From the NCBI GenBank assembly GCA_032718475.1, contig JAUCBJ010002120.1, positions 1-63,586 on the forward strand: a DNA stretch of 63,586 bases. The letters are read 5' to 3'. Shown here piece after piece: positions 37,501 through 49,693 of the stretch. Origin of the DNA: Nemertoderma westbladi (lineage: Eukaryota > Animalia > Xenacoelomorpha). Made by a program: the position numbers and the translations under genes. The notes below the pieces were generated by a model that did not search any database, had not been told where the DNA came from, and saw only the letters and a list, made by a program, of their open reading frames with translations. The first letter of the stretch is position 1. Each line of letters starts with the position of its first letter.

Positions 37501-40500
37501 TGTTGGTAAGAGTTAACATCCGGTGTTGGTAAGAGTTAACAGCCGATGTTGGTAAGAGTTAAGATCCGGTGTTGGTAAGAGTTAACATCCGGTGTTGGTA
37601 AGAGTTAACATCCGGTGTTGGTAAGAGTTAACAGCCGATGTTGGTAAGAGTTAAGATCCGGTGTTGGTAAGAGTTAACATCCGGTGTTGGTAAGAGTTAA
37701 CATCCGGTGTTGGTAAGAGTTAACATCCGGTGTTGGTAAGAGTTAACAGCCGATGTTGGTAAGAGTTAAGATCCGGTGTTGGTAAGAGTTAACATCCGGT
37801 GTTGGTAAGAGTTAACATCCGGTGTTGGTAAGAGTTAACAGCCGATGTTGGTAAGAGTTAACATCCGGTGATGGTAAGAGTTAACATCCGGTGTTGGTAA
37901 GAGTTAACATCCGGTGTTGGTAAGAGTTAACAGCCGATGTTGGTAAGAGTTAAGATCCGGTGTTGGTAAGAGTTAACATCCGGTGTTGGTAAGAGTTAAC
38001 ATCCGGTGTTGGTAAGAGTTAACACCCGGTGTTGGTAAGAGTTAACATCCGGTGATGGTAAGAGTTAACATCCGGTGTTGGTAAGAGTTAACATCCGGTG
38101 TTGGTAAGAGTTAACAGCCGATGTTGGTAAGAGTTAAGATCCGGTGTTGGTAAGAGTTAACATCCGGTGTTGGTAAGAGTTAACATCCGGTGTTGGTAAG
38201 AGTTAACAGCAGGTGTTGGTAAGAGTTAACATCCGATGTTGGTAAGATATAACATCCGGTTTAGGTAAGAGTTAACATGCGGTGTTGGTAAGAGTTAACA
38301 GCCGGTGTTGGTAAGAGTTAACATCCGGTGTTGGGAAGAGTTAACATCCGGTGTTGGTAAGAGTTACCATCCTGTGTTGGTATGAGTTAACATCCGATGT
38401 TGGTAAGAGTTAACATCCGGTGCTGGTAAGAGTTGACAGCCGGTGTTGATAAGAGCTAACATCCGGTGTTGGTAAGAGTTAACCTCCGGTGTTGGTAAGA
38501 GTTAACATCCGGTGTTTGGAAGAGTTAACATCCGGTGTTGGTAAGAGTTACCATCCTGTGTTGGTATGAGTTAACATCCGGTGTTGGTAAGAGTTAACAT
38601 CCGGTGTTGGTAAGAGTTAACCTCCGGTGTTGGTAAGAGTTAACATCCGGTGTTTGGAAGAGTTAACATCCGGTGTTGGTAAGAGTTACCATCCTGTGTT
38701 GGTATGAGTTAACATCCGATGTTGGTAAGAGTTAACATCCGGTGCTGGTAAGAGTTGACAGCCGGTGTTGATAAGAGTTAACATCCGGTGTTGGTAAGAG
38801 TTAACATCCGGTGTTGGTAAGAGTTAACCTCCGGTGTTGGTAAGAGTTAACATCCGGTGTTTGGAAGAGTTAACATCCGGTGTTGGTAAGAGTTACCATC
38901 CTGTGTTGGTATGAGTTAACATCCGATGTTGGTAAGAGTTAACATCCGGTGCTGGTAAGAGTTGACAGCCGGTGTTGATAAGAGTTAACATCCGGTGTTG
39001 GTAAGAGTTAACATCCGGTGTTGGTAAGAGTTAACCTCCGGTGTTGGTAAGAGTTAACAACCCGAACCGGAAACGAACACTGTTGTTTCAAACCCCACTG
39101 ACGTCCTGCCACTGCGATGGGTCGGGTTTCACCATCCCTCATTTTAGTCCGGCACATATCTGCTAATTTTGTAAGTCGCCTGACTCCGGACTCCGCACGG
39201 GAGTAGATAGTAAATGTCTTCATCCCGGCTATTAAGGATTGCCCATCTTACACGACGCTCTTTGCCGACGATGCAACTCTTCTCCACACCTACTATCCAA
39301 GATTGACACAAATTCCTAATTGTAACAACGAACTGTATAATATTACTGTGACTGGCTTACTGAAAACTGATCATATTAATGTTAAACACATTGTTTACTC
39401 TATTGGTTTACTGAATTGGATGCCCTTGTTTCTCACACGTGTTGGGGTGCAAGAAGTTATGTGTGCAAACAAACACCCACACAAACACACACTCACAAAC
39501 ACCCCCAGTTGATGGAATTGGATGAACTTTGATGATAGGTTCATTCATTGTCGTACCTAGTTGTGTATGCAAGGTTTCGGCTGCGAGGGACCTGTTGGTT
39601 GCCTAGCAACAGTGAGATTAATAAAATAATCAAAATAATCAAAAATAAAAATAAAAAATAAAAAATCTTCATATATAAAATTCCAATAAAAAGTCGACCG
39701 AAAAGTGAAACCCTGGTATTCTTCACATGGGCGCCATAGGGAGCATCTATTGGACATGCTTTCTGCAAAATTTATCTTTATTTCGTTTAGAATTGTTAGT
39801 AGAAGATATACATTTCTTACAAACAGTGTTTTTTTAAACATACAATATACTACTATTTTGTACTTCCATCAATGTTTCGTTTTGCGCTTTTCGTTATTAG
39901 GCTGCCCTACATAGGCGCGTAAATTATTACAACAATAAAAAATATTGATAGCAATGGATCCGTCCATTATTGCCAGCTCTCGGCTGCGCTGGCAAGCTTG
40001 TATTATCAAATAGTCAGTCACCCAGATCTTTCGACCGGTTTATCTATAAAATGAAAATAAAAAATCATTGATCAAAAGAACTAAAAGAACCAAAAGAACT
40101 AGAACTATACAAAACATAGTTGGAAAATTAATGTAATTATATTTTGAAGGAGGAAATCCCTATTATTTCCGCAGGTATTTTTTTTATCTACAAATACCTG
40201 CCGATAAAATGTACCTAAAACTACAAAACAAATCTTACCTGTAATTAATTACGTTAGGCATTATACTAATTACTTATTTGTTCAAGGTCTTTGGTACAAT
40301 TGCGAGCGTTGGAAAAATGGCAGAAATGGCAGGAGACGGCGGCGTGGCGGGTGAGGTTGTCGGGGCTTCAATGATGATGACAATAGGAACCATCGCTAAA
40401 CTAATGGCCCGGAAACGAAATCAGAAAACCTGGCAGAAAATGGAATCCTTCGAGAACATGTATTACCCTTGTGCCATTAACTGGGCAGCCCAACTTATTG

Positions 40501-43500
40501 CTTATCTATATGAATATCAATTGTTTCTGCTAGCTGACAACAATGAGATTGATAAACTAGCTTTACATCTTGCTGAATGTTACTTTAACAATATTGATGA
40601 GTTTAAACCGCCTGATGGAGAAGAAAGCATGGCTTTCAAGTGTATTTGGAGTATAGTGTTGTTTGTTACTGAATGCTCATCATTAAAGTGTAAATTTAAG
40701 GCAAATATTAAGCCGGAATCAGGCAGTATGACTGAGTATAAAGTACATAAGATGTTTACTGACTGCGGTGTATCGGTGCGAAGTGAAAATGGAAAAATTA
40801 GTTACTTTGCAAAAAATCTAAGCAATAGTATTAATGATAGATGGAAGAAATATGGATTTCGTGGCCTTCGGTTTTTGCCCAAAACATTTGGGAATAATAA
40901 AGTTGGTTTTATTTGCTACGATAACTTACCTAGCATGAAGTCGCTTGACCTTGAGCCCATTTGCTATCCTCAGCATTATATTTGTGATAAAACCATTCTC
41001 ATTGAGTACTTGTCAAAGAAAGTTGGTATTGGTAACAAGACGACACTACAGAAATATCTGTCACTGATTAATCAAAAGACACAAGTGCTAATTCGAGCGA
41101 GAAATGATGGTGACATGAAACAATCACATATCAACAGAATCAAATTCAACAATATTGATTTTTCTTGTTTGAACTTTGAAAAATGTCTTATAGAAGGAAC
41201 AACATTTTCACATTGCAACTTTTATTTCTGTGAATTTTCTGGTGTAGATTTCCAAAACTGCACCATACAAAATGTTATAGTTAGTCATTGTCAATTTAAT
41301 GGTTCTAATCTTTCAAAAGCACTTTTATTTGATGTGCATATGGACTGTTGCACACTTGATGGGTGTAAGGTGACTCTTCAACAGGCATTGCAGCTTAGTA
41401 AGGATGGTAACAAGTTGGATGGTATAGAAATAGTTGATGAAGAAAGATATTGTGAATATAAGGACGAATTCAAAACTCTCATAGAAGACTTACAAGACGA
41501 CACATTGCGACCTTTATTGGGGTGTATTGAACAATTAAATGATTCTATGGCCATGGCAACGTCAGACTTCAAAAGAAAACAGGGTTAGTAGCAATCCAAG
41601 ATTTATTACTCTAATTTAACTTTCATATATTTTTTTATTATTGGGTTGCTGGGATCGTTAATGATTATAATCTTTCAAAATTTCAAAATTTAGGTTCTAC
41701 CTTGGTCTAGTGTTGCATTGAATTCACATCTCCTGTAGGTCGTGGGTTCGATCCTCACATGGGCCAGGGCAGTTTTCGTTTCGGCACGAATGCTTTAAAG
41801 GGACCAGCCAGGGCGCATCTCTGCCTTGCATCCTTAAGTGGTAGCTTAATGAGTACTGGAGTTTCCTCTGGGGAGTAAAGTTCTGGGGGGACCGCACTGG
41901 AAATAAGTCGTCAGACTTTGTGCGTAATCCCTGGCCTAGTGGCCGAAGAAAATGTACTTTTTTATTTTAAAAGCATTACATCAGTATATACGAGGGAAAC
42001 AATATACGTCATAACTTAAATATAATTTACATTAGTTTCATAAAAAGTAACAACCAAGAGAGAAGGGCATCAGGCCCTTTCCGGCCTCAACCCATACCCC
42101 GCCATGCTTTGCTGCTGCCGTCCAGGCATATTCAGTCTTCTTATCGCAGGCGCGCGAACTGTAAAAACACGTTATTACTCAGATTATTACTACTCAATGA
42201 CGCAATACGAAATTGTTACTCATTAACTACTCACTACTGCACTACTGCACTACTGCACTACTGCACTACTGCACTACTGCACTACTGCACTACTGAACTA
42301 CTGCACTACTGCTAAATTTATGTAAAATAATTTGTTTATCCATTACAGCACAAACCATAACAATACAATCAGTTAATAAGAAATTACTACAAGGTATGGA
42401 GACTCGGTGGTATTTTTATCGAGCGTTGGAAATCCTAGAATCTAGAGGTTCGCTAACGATTTTGGGACCCCAGGGATCAGGTAAGGGTAGTTGTTATGTA
42501 AAGCTAAGATCAGGTAAGGGTAGTTGTTATGTAAAGCTAAGATCAGGTAAGGGTAGTTGTTATGTAAAGCTAAGATCAGGTAAGGGTAGTTGTTATGTAA
42601 AGCTAAGATCAGGTAAGGGTAATGTAAGCTAAGATCAGGTATGGGTAATGTAAGCTAAGATCAGTTAAGGTAAGGGTAGTTGTTATGTAAAGCTAAGATC
42701 AGGTAAGGGTAGTTGTTATGTAAAGCTAAGATCAGGTAAGGGTAGTTGTTATGTAAAGCTAAGATCAGGTAAGGGTAGTTGTTATGTAAAGCTAAGATCA
42801 GGTAAGGGTAGTTGTTATGTAAAGCTAAGATCAGGTAAGGGTAGTTGTTATGTAAAGCTAAGATCAGGTAAGGGTAGTTGTTATGTAAAGCTAAGATCAG
42901 GTAAGGGTAATGTAAGCTAAGATCAGGTATGGGTAATGTAAGCTAAGATCAGGTAAGGTAAGGGTAGTTGTTATGTAAAGCTAAGATCAGGTAAGGGTAG
43001 TTGTTATGTAAAGCTAAGATCAGGTAAGGGTAGTTGTTATGTAAAGCTAAGATCAGGTAAGGGTAGTTGTTATGTAAAGCTAAGATCAGGTAAGGGTAGT
43101 TGTTATGTAAAGCTAAGATCAGGTAAGGGTAGTTGTTATGTAAAGCTAAGATCAGGTAGGGTAGTTGTTATGTAAAGCTAAGATCAGGTAAGGGTAGTTG
43201 TTATGTAAAGCTAAGATCAGGTAAGGGTAGTTGTTATGTAAAGCTAAGATCAGGTAAGGGTAGTTGTCATGTAAAGCTAAGATCAGGTAAGGGTAGTTGT
43301 TATGTAAAGCTAAGATCAGGTAAGGGTAGTTGTTATGTAAAGCTAAGATCAGGTAAGGGTAGTTGTTATGTAAAGCTAAGATCAGGTAAGGGTAGTTGTT
43401 ATGTAAAGCTAAGATCAGGTAAGGGTAGTTGTTATGTAAAGCTAAGATCAGGTAAGGGTAGTTGTTATGTAAAGCTAAGATCAGGTAAGGGTAGTTTTTA

Positions 43501-46370
43501 TGTAAAGCTAAGATCAGGTAAGGGTAGTTGTTATGTAAAGCTAAGGATGTGCAATATATCTAAGTAGGAAATCTAAATCAAAATAGGACAACAAATAAAA
43601 GTAATTAAGTCAGGTGAAAGTCCAGTCGGTTGGCACGGCAACCTAACCACACGGAATATTATTTATGATTGGTACATTATATTTGGAAGAAATTTTTCCA
43701 AATCAGAAGGTATTTTATTTAAAATGGGTTATATTTTCCATTTATAAATTTTACTCAGAAGTTGTTAGACAGCTTAGAAGAAGCTGCATGTTGGTCGTTT
43801 TGTTAATAGCAAGAAAACCGAAGTCCTGAAATTAAACACTCATCATTCATTACCAGCAGTTAGTTTATCGATATAAATAGCACAACTTCTTTAGATGGCT
43901 CTGTAGGGAATGCTCTACTTATGCTGCTTTCTGGTTTCATGGATAAGGAATTAGACAGAAGATCTCCGCACCCCGGCCTGGCCATCAAACCAGCTGCCGA
44001 TGATGATCTGGAAATCATCCTTGTTGAGTAGTTCTTACAGGTAGGCGAGTCTTTGTTGTTCTAAGGCAGTCCCTGTTAGGCGCTCAATGACCTCATGTGA
44101 GCACAATATCCATAGATACCACATATACCAGGGTGTTACACTCACATGCTGCGCAATGTGGGATATACCACACATAAATAAGCATGAAGTGCTATTTTGC
44201 CATAACCCAGTTCTACACTTCCTTGTTATCAATGCGACGATCTGCCTGTTCGCAACCAAGTACTCTGCAGGAGTGCAACCTTTTCGGATGTACAGCCATG
44301 GTAGCCAGACAACAACTTTCCTTTGTCTGCTGCTCAATAACACTAGACTTAACATCGATGAACTTGGAAAGTTCATGTACAAAACTCGTCCGAGTTTTTG
44401 TATCGCATTTGTTTCTGGCTCTGTCGGCATTGCTCAACTTCTTAGAACTAAATAGGGAAAGATTTAGATCATCTCGAACAATCCTATAATAACTAATACA
44501 TTGCAAATTAATAATATAATATAAATTAATATAAAACATTTATAAGACAACATAATATAACTATAATAAAATATAAAATGTTAGTCATAAGTTTACGGGT
44601 ATAATGGCTTACATAATAGCTTATTATTGCTATTATTATATTTTAGGAAAGACAGTTCTCTACCGTCAATTATGCTGCGATGTCTCTATGGAGGGATACA
44701 GCATAGTGATAATAAACGACCCTACCGACTGGAGGACACATTGGGATCCTCAACATAAACAATTATTTGTTTATGAACATCTGCTTGGTATCAATGATAT
44801 TAATACCAATCTTCTAGAGAGTTGGTTTAGGGAAGCTGAAATGATTTTGCACAATGTTCTAGAAGAAAGTACAAGCCGATTTATATTTACTTCAAATATT
44901 GCATTAATAGGCAATTCGAAGTGGATCGAATGGTTGCAAAATAAAACAATTGAAAGAGTTTATGGCAATGTCCTAAATATTGACGATGAAACAATGAAAC
45001 TATCATCAGTGAGAAGAGAAATAAATATTTCCAGTTCGGAACCAGATGATAAATTAATGTCTAAAGCCACTAAATGCAACAAAAGCCAAGAAACAACAGC
45101 CATTGGTAGCCATGCTGAGGGTGCTAATAAATCTGGAAACACAACTGGTACGGAAGAAACAACAACCATTGGTAGACATGCTGAGGGTGCTAATAAATCT
45201 GGAAACACAACTGGTACGGAAGAAACAACAACCATTGGTAGACATGCTGAGGGTGCTAATAAATTTGGAAACACAACTGGTACGGAAGAAACAACAACCA
45301 TTGGTAGACATGCTGAGGGTGCTAATAAATCTGGAAACACAACTGGTACGGAAGAAACAACAACCATTGGTAGCCATGCTGGGGGTGCTAATAAATCTGG
45401 AAACACAACTGGTACGGAAGAAACAACAACCATTGGTAGCCATGCTGGGGGTGCTAATAAATCTGGAAACACAACTGGTACGGAAGAAACAACAGCCATT
45501 GGTAGCCATGCTGGGGGTGCTAATAAATCTGGAAACACAACTGGTACGGAAGAAACAACAGCCATTGGTAGCCATGATGGGGGTGCTAATAAATCTGGAA
45601 ACACAACTGGTACGGAAGAAACAACAGCCATTGGTAGACATGCTGAGGGTGCTAATAAATCTGGAAACACAACTGGTAAAAGGATCACAAACATCCCACA
45701 TTTAACAGCACCGCAAACAAAACAAATTAGGTATCTTATAGATGAAATATTCTTGGGAAACACAAATTTTGTTTTCTCTAAAGAAATATGGACATCAAAT
45801 GAAAATTTTCAAACATACTTTGTATCTGTTTTAGAAGAAATTTATTCAGTAGCAGATCAGAAAAGGTTTTATGAAACATTGGTTGATGATGATGAAGATG
45901 ATACAAATAGAAATACAACTTTCCTTCTGGCTGGTAACTATGGTTTATTATTGGTGGTGAGACATGCAGTTGAGAAACTAAATTTTTCTCTGGAAACACA
46001 AAACAGTTCAGGTCAAAGTATAATGCACCTTGCAGCAAGAGAAGGGCATACAAACCTAGTGAACTATGGTATAAGCCGGGGATGTGATGTAAATATTCGA
46101 GATAGTCACTTGAATACACCAGCACACGAAGCAGCCTATTTTGGAGAGATCAGCATACTGCGGGAGTTGTTGGAGCACATTAACGATCACAATGTAACTA
46201 ATGATTGGCAGCGAACTATATTTCATAATGCTTGTCAGAGTGGAGATCTCGAAACAGTGAAATTCTGCCATAGAATCTGCGACATTCAATTAAAAGATAT
46301 GTTTGGATATACTGGTATGGACATTGCTTCAAGTAATGAAGATACAGCGATAGTAAAGTACTTGCAGTAA
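34575..46370 (+). CDS. STAND-type protein: N-terminal region, pentapeptide repeats, nSTAND3-like P-loop NTPase, 22-aa repeat, ankyrin repeats; ~1132 aa, 4 exons
   Basis: Exons 34575-34820, 40287-41583, 42349-42480, 44647-46370 join in frame (phases 0, 1, 1) and reconstitute ETR..F.RALE.L...G.LTILGPQGSG|KT; pentapeptide repeats at ~41145-41372; five ankyrin-like repeats at ~45905-46367 (IMHLAAREGH, TPAHEAAYFG). Confidence 0.8.
34921..39250 (+). mobile_element. Possible tRNA-derived SINE split by the 23-bp satellite
   Basis: A-box-like GGCGGTAGTTGGTAAGAG at the left edge; B-box-like GTTTCAAACC at 39085-39094; GC-rich body to ~39250. Confidence 0.4.
34947..39059. repeat. 23-bp satellite, ~178 copies, intronic
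   Basis: Unit GTTGGTAAGAGTTAACATCCGGT; a 1258-bp higher-order duplication is marked by shared variants. Confidence 0.97.
39252..39370 (+). mobile_element. Short LINE reverse-transcriptase remnant
   Basis: Translates TTLFADDATLL...NNELYNI, then DWLTEN after a frameshift. Confidence 0.5.
41695..41965 (+). mobile_element. tRNA-derived SINE with Meta-type central domain
   Basis: A box TGGTCTAGTG; B box GGTTCGATCC; central CTCTGCCTTGCATCCTTAAGTGGTAGCTTAATGAGTAC resembles the MetaSINE/Sauria-SINE conserved domain. Confidence 0.65.
42232..42312. repeat. (CACTACTG)n, ~10 copies
   Basis: Direct reading. Confidence 0.9.
42475..43545 (+). repeat. 33-bp minisatellite, ~32 units, each containing a CAG|GTAAGG splice donor
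   Basis: Unit GATCAGGTAAGGGTAGTTGTTATGTAAAGCTAA; the first unit overlaps the exon end at 42480; some 26-bp variant units. Confidence 0.95.
45090..45677 (+). repeat. Coding 66-bp tandem repeat, ~9 copies (ETT[AT]IG[SR]HA[EG]GANKSGNTTGTE)
   Basis: In-frame repeat within exon 44647-46370. Confidence 0.95.
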
Positions 46371-46445
46371 AATATCAATCATACTAGAGTCTGTTTTATA
46401 TACTATATACTAACATATGTGTAACACAACTCATGTGTATATTTA

Positions 46446-47762
46446 GTCCATGGGCCAGCCAGCATAGGGGATACTTTTTGGTAACCATCTGGAACTTATA
46501 TTTTGGAACTTCTGGCCATTCATTTTGATATGATAACAAATCTGAATCGGTAGCTGACTTGGTGTTATCACCGGTTGTCATGGAAATGGTAAAACAACAA
46601 ACATGCTGTAGTATTCTAATAACTCAATATAAATTTATCGCATCTTTTGAAAAAGATAGCTACTGGTCTAACAATTCTAAATGTGACATAAAATTCTGGA
46701 ATATAATTATTGTTACCATGGAAACGCTGCTAAATGAAAACTGACATGTTTTAGAAAAATAGCTACCATTCTAGAACAATACCATTATTTAAAAAACAAA
46801 TTACCACATTTTATTGAATATTAGTTTTGTAAAATTTTGGTATACTGAGAGCTAAACCTGTTTTGTTATAACGGTGATATATGGTTCCAAAGATATACCC
46901 ATGTTTGAAATATTTTTATTTTTCATCATTTTAATCTCATTCCACTCTGTTTCCAAATAATGACTTTAACAAATATTTATGTTAATAAAAAACAATCAAG
47001 ATGTGACTACAAATCACTTTAAATAACTAACCTCTCAATGTGGTAGGTGTCAAGTCATTTGTTTGTGTCATATCTGAGTGTGTGACATATGTGTCATATT
47101 GCATCTGTAGTGGTAGTCATGGTAACCTGTGAAGGAGTGTTGTCTGAAATGCCATTTAGATGTCACTTGTCATTTTAAAGTGATTTGTAGTCACATCTTG
47201 ATTGTTTTTTATTGGCATAAATATTTGTTATAAAGTCATTATTTTGAAACAAAGTGGAATCAGATTAAAATGATGAAAATTTAAAATATTTCAAACATGG
47301 GTATATCTTTGGAACCATATATCACCGTTATAACACAACAGGTTCAGTTCTCAGTATACCAAAATTACCCAAAAATAATATTCAATAAAATGTGGCAATT
47401 TGTTTTTAAAATAATGGTATTGTTCTAGAATGGTAGCTATTTTTCTAAAACATGTCAGTTTTCATTTAGCAGCGTTTCCATGGTAACAATAATTATATTT
47501 CAGAATTTTATGTCACATTTAGAATTGTTAGACCAGTAGCTATCTTTTTCAAAAGATGCGATGAATTTATATTGAGTTATTAGAGTACTACAGCATGTTT
47601 GTTGTTTTACCATTTCCATGACAACCGGTGATAACACCAAGTCAGCTACCGATTCAGATTTGTTATCATATCAAAATGAATGGCCAGAAGCTAGGTCTTC
47701 ACAAAAATATAAGTTCCAGATGGTTACCAAAAAGTATCCCCTATGCTGGCTGGCCCATGGAC
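46446..47762. mobile_element. Foldback/MITE with ~580-bp inverted arms, TA-flanked
   Basis: TA|GTCCATGGGCCAGCCAGCATAGGGG ... CCCCTATGCTGGCTGGCCCATGGAC|TA; arms 46446-47023 and ~47175-47762; ~150-bp spacer. Confidence 0.9.
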
Positions 47763-47834
47763 TAATTGTTTACACACACACACTAACACAACTGTATGTA
47801 AATGTAATGTATATCATTTTCAAGTGTACAGAAA

Positions 47835-48473
47835 ATCCTTACTACTGTAGTGTGGATTACCCGATCCTTACTACTGTAGTGTGGATTACCCGATCCTTAC
47901 TACTGTAGTGTGGATTACCCGATCCTTACTACTGTAGTGTGGATTACCCGATCCTTACTACTGTAGTGTGGATTACCCGATCCTTACTACTGTAGTGTGG
48001 ATTACCCGATCCTTACTACTGTAGTGTGGATTACCCGATCCTTACTACTGTAGTGTGGATTACCCGATCCTTACTACTGTAGTGTGGATTACCCGATCCT
48101 TACTACTGTAGTGTGGATTACCCGATCCTTACTACTTTAGTGTGGATTACCCGATCCTTACTACTGTAGTGTGGATTACCCGATCCTTACTACTGTAGTG
48201 TGGATTACCCGATCCTTACTACTGTAGTGTGGATTACCCGATCCTTACTACTGCAGTGTGGATTACCCGATCCTTACTACTGTAGTGTGGATTACCCGAT
48301 CCTTACTACTGTAGTGTGGATTACCCGATCCTTACTACTGTAGTGTGGATTACCCGATCCTTACTACTGTAGTGTGGATTACCCGATCCTTACTATTGTA
48401 GTGTGGATTACCCGATCCTTACTACTGTAGTGTGGATTACCCGATCCTTACTACTGTAGTGTGGATTACCCGA
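47835..48473. repeat. 29-bp minisatellite, ~22 copies
   Basis: Unit ATCCTTACTACTGTAGTGTGGATTACCCG. Confidence 0.95.
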
Positions 48474-49406
48474 AACAAGTTAATTATTGAATGAATGATT
48501 GATTTCACACTTTTATGGTCTTAGACGTTAGTGCCCGCAAGAAATTACTGTAGTGCCCCTGGAAAATTATATAAAATATTTTTAATAACTTCTGAAAGAA
48601 AGCTTTTACTATTTTACTTGTCAAAATATAGCGATTAGAAATTGTGCCAAAATATGTATATTTTTATTATAAATATGTTGCTATTGTTTTACCAACTTGT
48701 TACCATCGGGTGTGTAAAACAAACTTGCAGAACAGTCATACATAAATTTATTTCTAGCAATATTTCCTTCAGAGTTGCCATTGGCTTGAAAAGGCGACGA
48801 GCACACAACACTGAAAATTTCGGAAAAATTCCACAAAATGTTGTTGATATAGATAGGCCTCTACACTAGTAAATATCCACATTTTAATTAATGTACAGAC
48901 GAAACAGCAGCAGTTGGGCACAGTGCTTTAAGTGGTGCAGTCTTCCCCTAGCCAGGCTGTTCGATAGTTGGGAACAATGTAGACGGACACACGTCGTGTG
49001 ACAACTATTTCGGCATATATTTCCATTTTTTTAAAGTTGATTTTCTCATCTCATGCTATAACTTATTCACTGATACCCAATCACATCCCACCTTGAGCTG
49101 TATCTGTCATTAGGTACTCATTACAGACTATCGAATAATATACAGGTTAAATGTTCTATGTTAAAATGTGCATTTTGGAATAAATATAACATATTAAGTG
49201 ATTGGACTCCTTTGTATCTGGCTGGCACTTAGCACTGTAATCTTATACTGTGCTAGGAAATAAAATAGAAGTAAATAGTTACAATTCATACAATATGATA
49301 TGCTTAAATGAAACATTTATTATTGTCAGTCATTTGATCTTAACTAAATAATTTACACAAATGATACAATTCAAGCAATTAACAATATTAATTTTAATAA
49401 TAAATA

Positions 49407-49494
49407 ACAACAAATGTACTGAAATCACAACAAATGTACTGAAATCACAACAAATGTTCTGAAATCACAACAATTGTACTGAAATCACAACAAA
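49407..49494. repeat. 20-bp repeat, ~4 copies, downstream of the DC-STAMP stop
   Basis: Unit ACAACAAATGTACTGAAATC. Confidence 0.85.
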
Positions 49495-49693
49495 GAAGAA
49501 ACTGAGTAAGATGTAGCTATATAATCGCATATATAATTATTTTTTCAAAATAATTATTTGTATTTATATAAAATATAAAAAATGAATAAGCGTGCTATCT
49601 AAAGGACATATATCACTTTGTAATGAAATCATTTCATGTTAGTAGTTTCTATTTATGAGGCTCAATGGAAAGGATAATGACTGCGGACAATAA

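Noticed and set aside
44960-45763. Antisense and alternative-frame ORFs of 200-267 aa
   Set aside because: By-products of the 66-bp coding repeat
46396-47908. Two similar small ORFs (MTTGDNTKSATD...) on opposite strands
   Set aside because: Mirror images from the inverted arms of a non-coding foldback element
19808-48473. CRISPR-like appearance of the 36-, 23-, 33- and 29-bp arrays
   Set aside because: Units are head-to-tail with no unique spacers, there are no cas genes, and the DNA is eukaryotic
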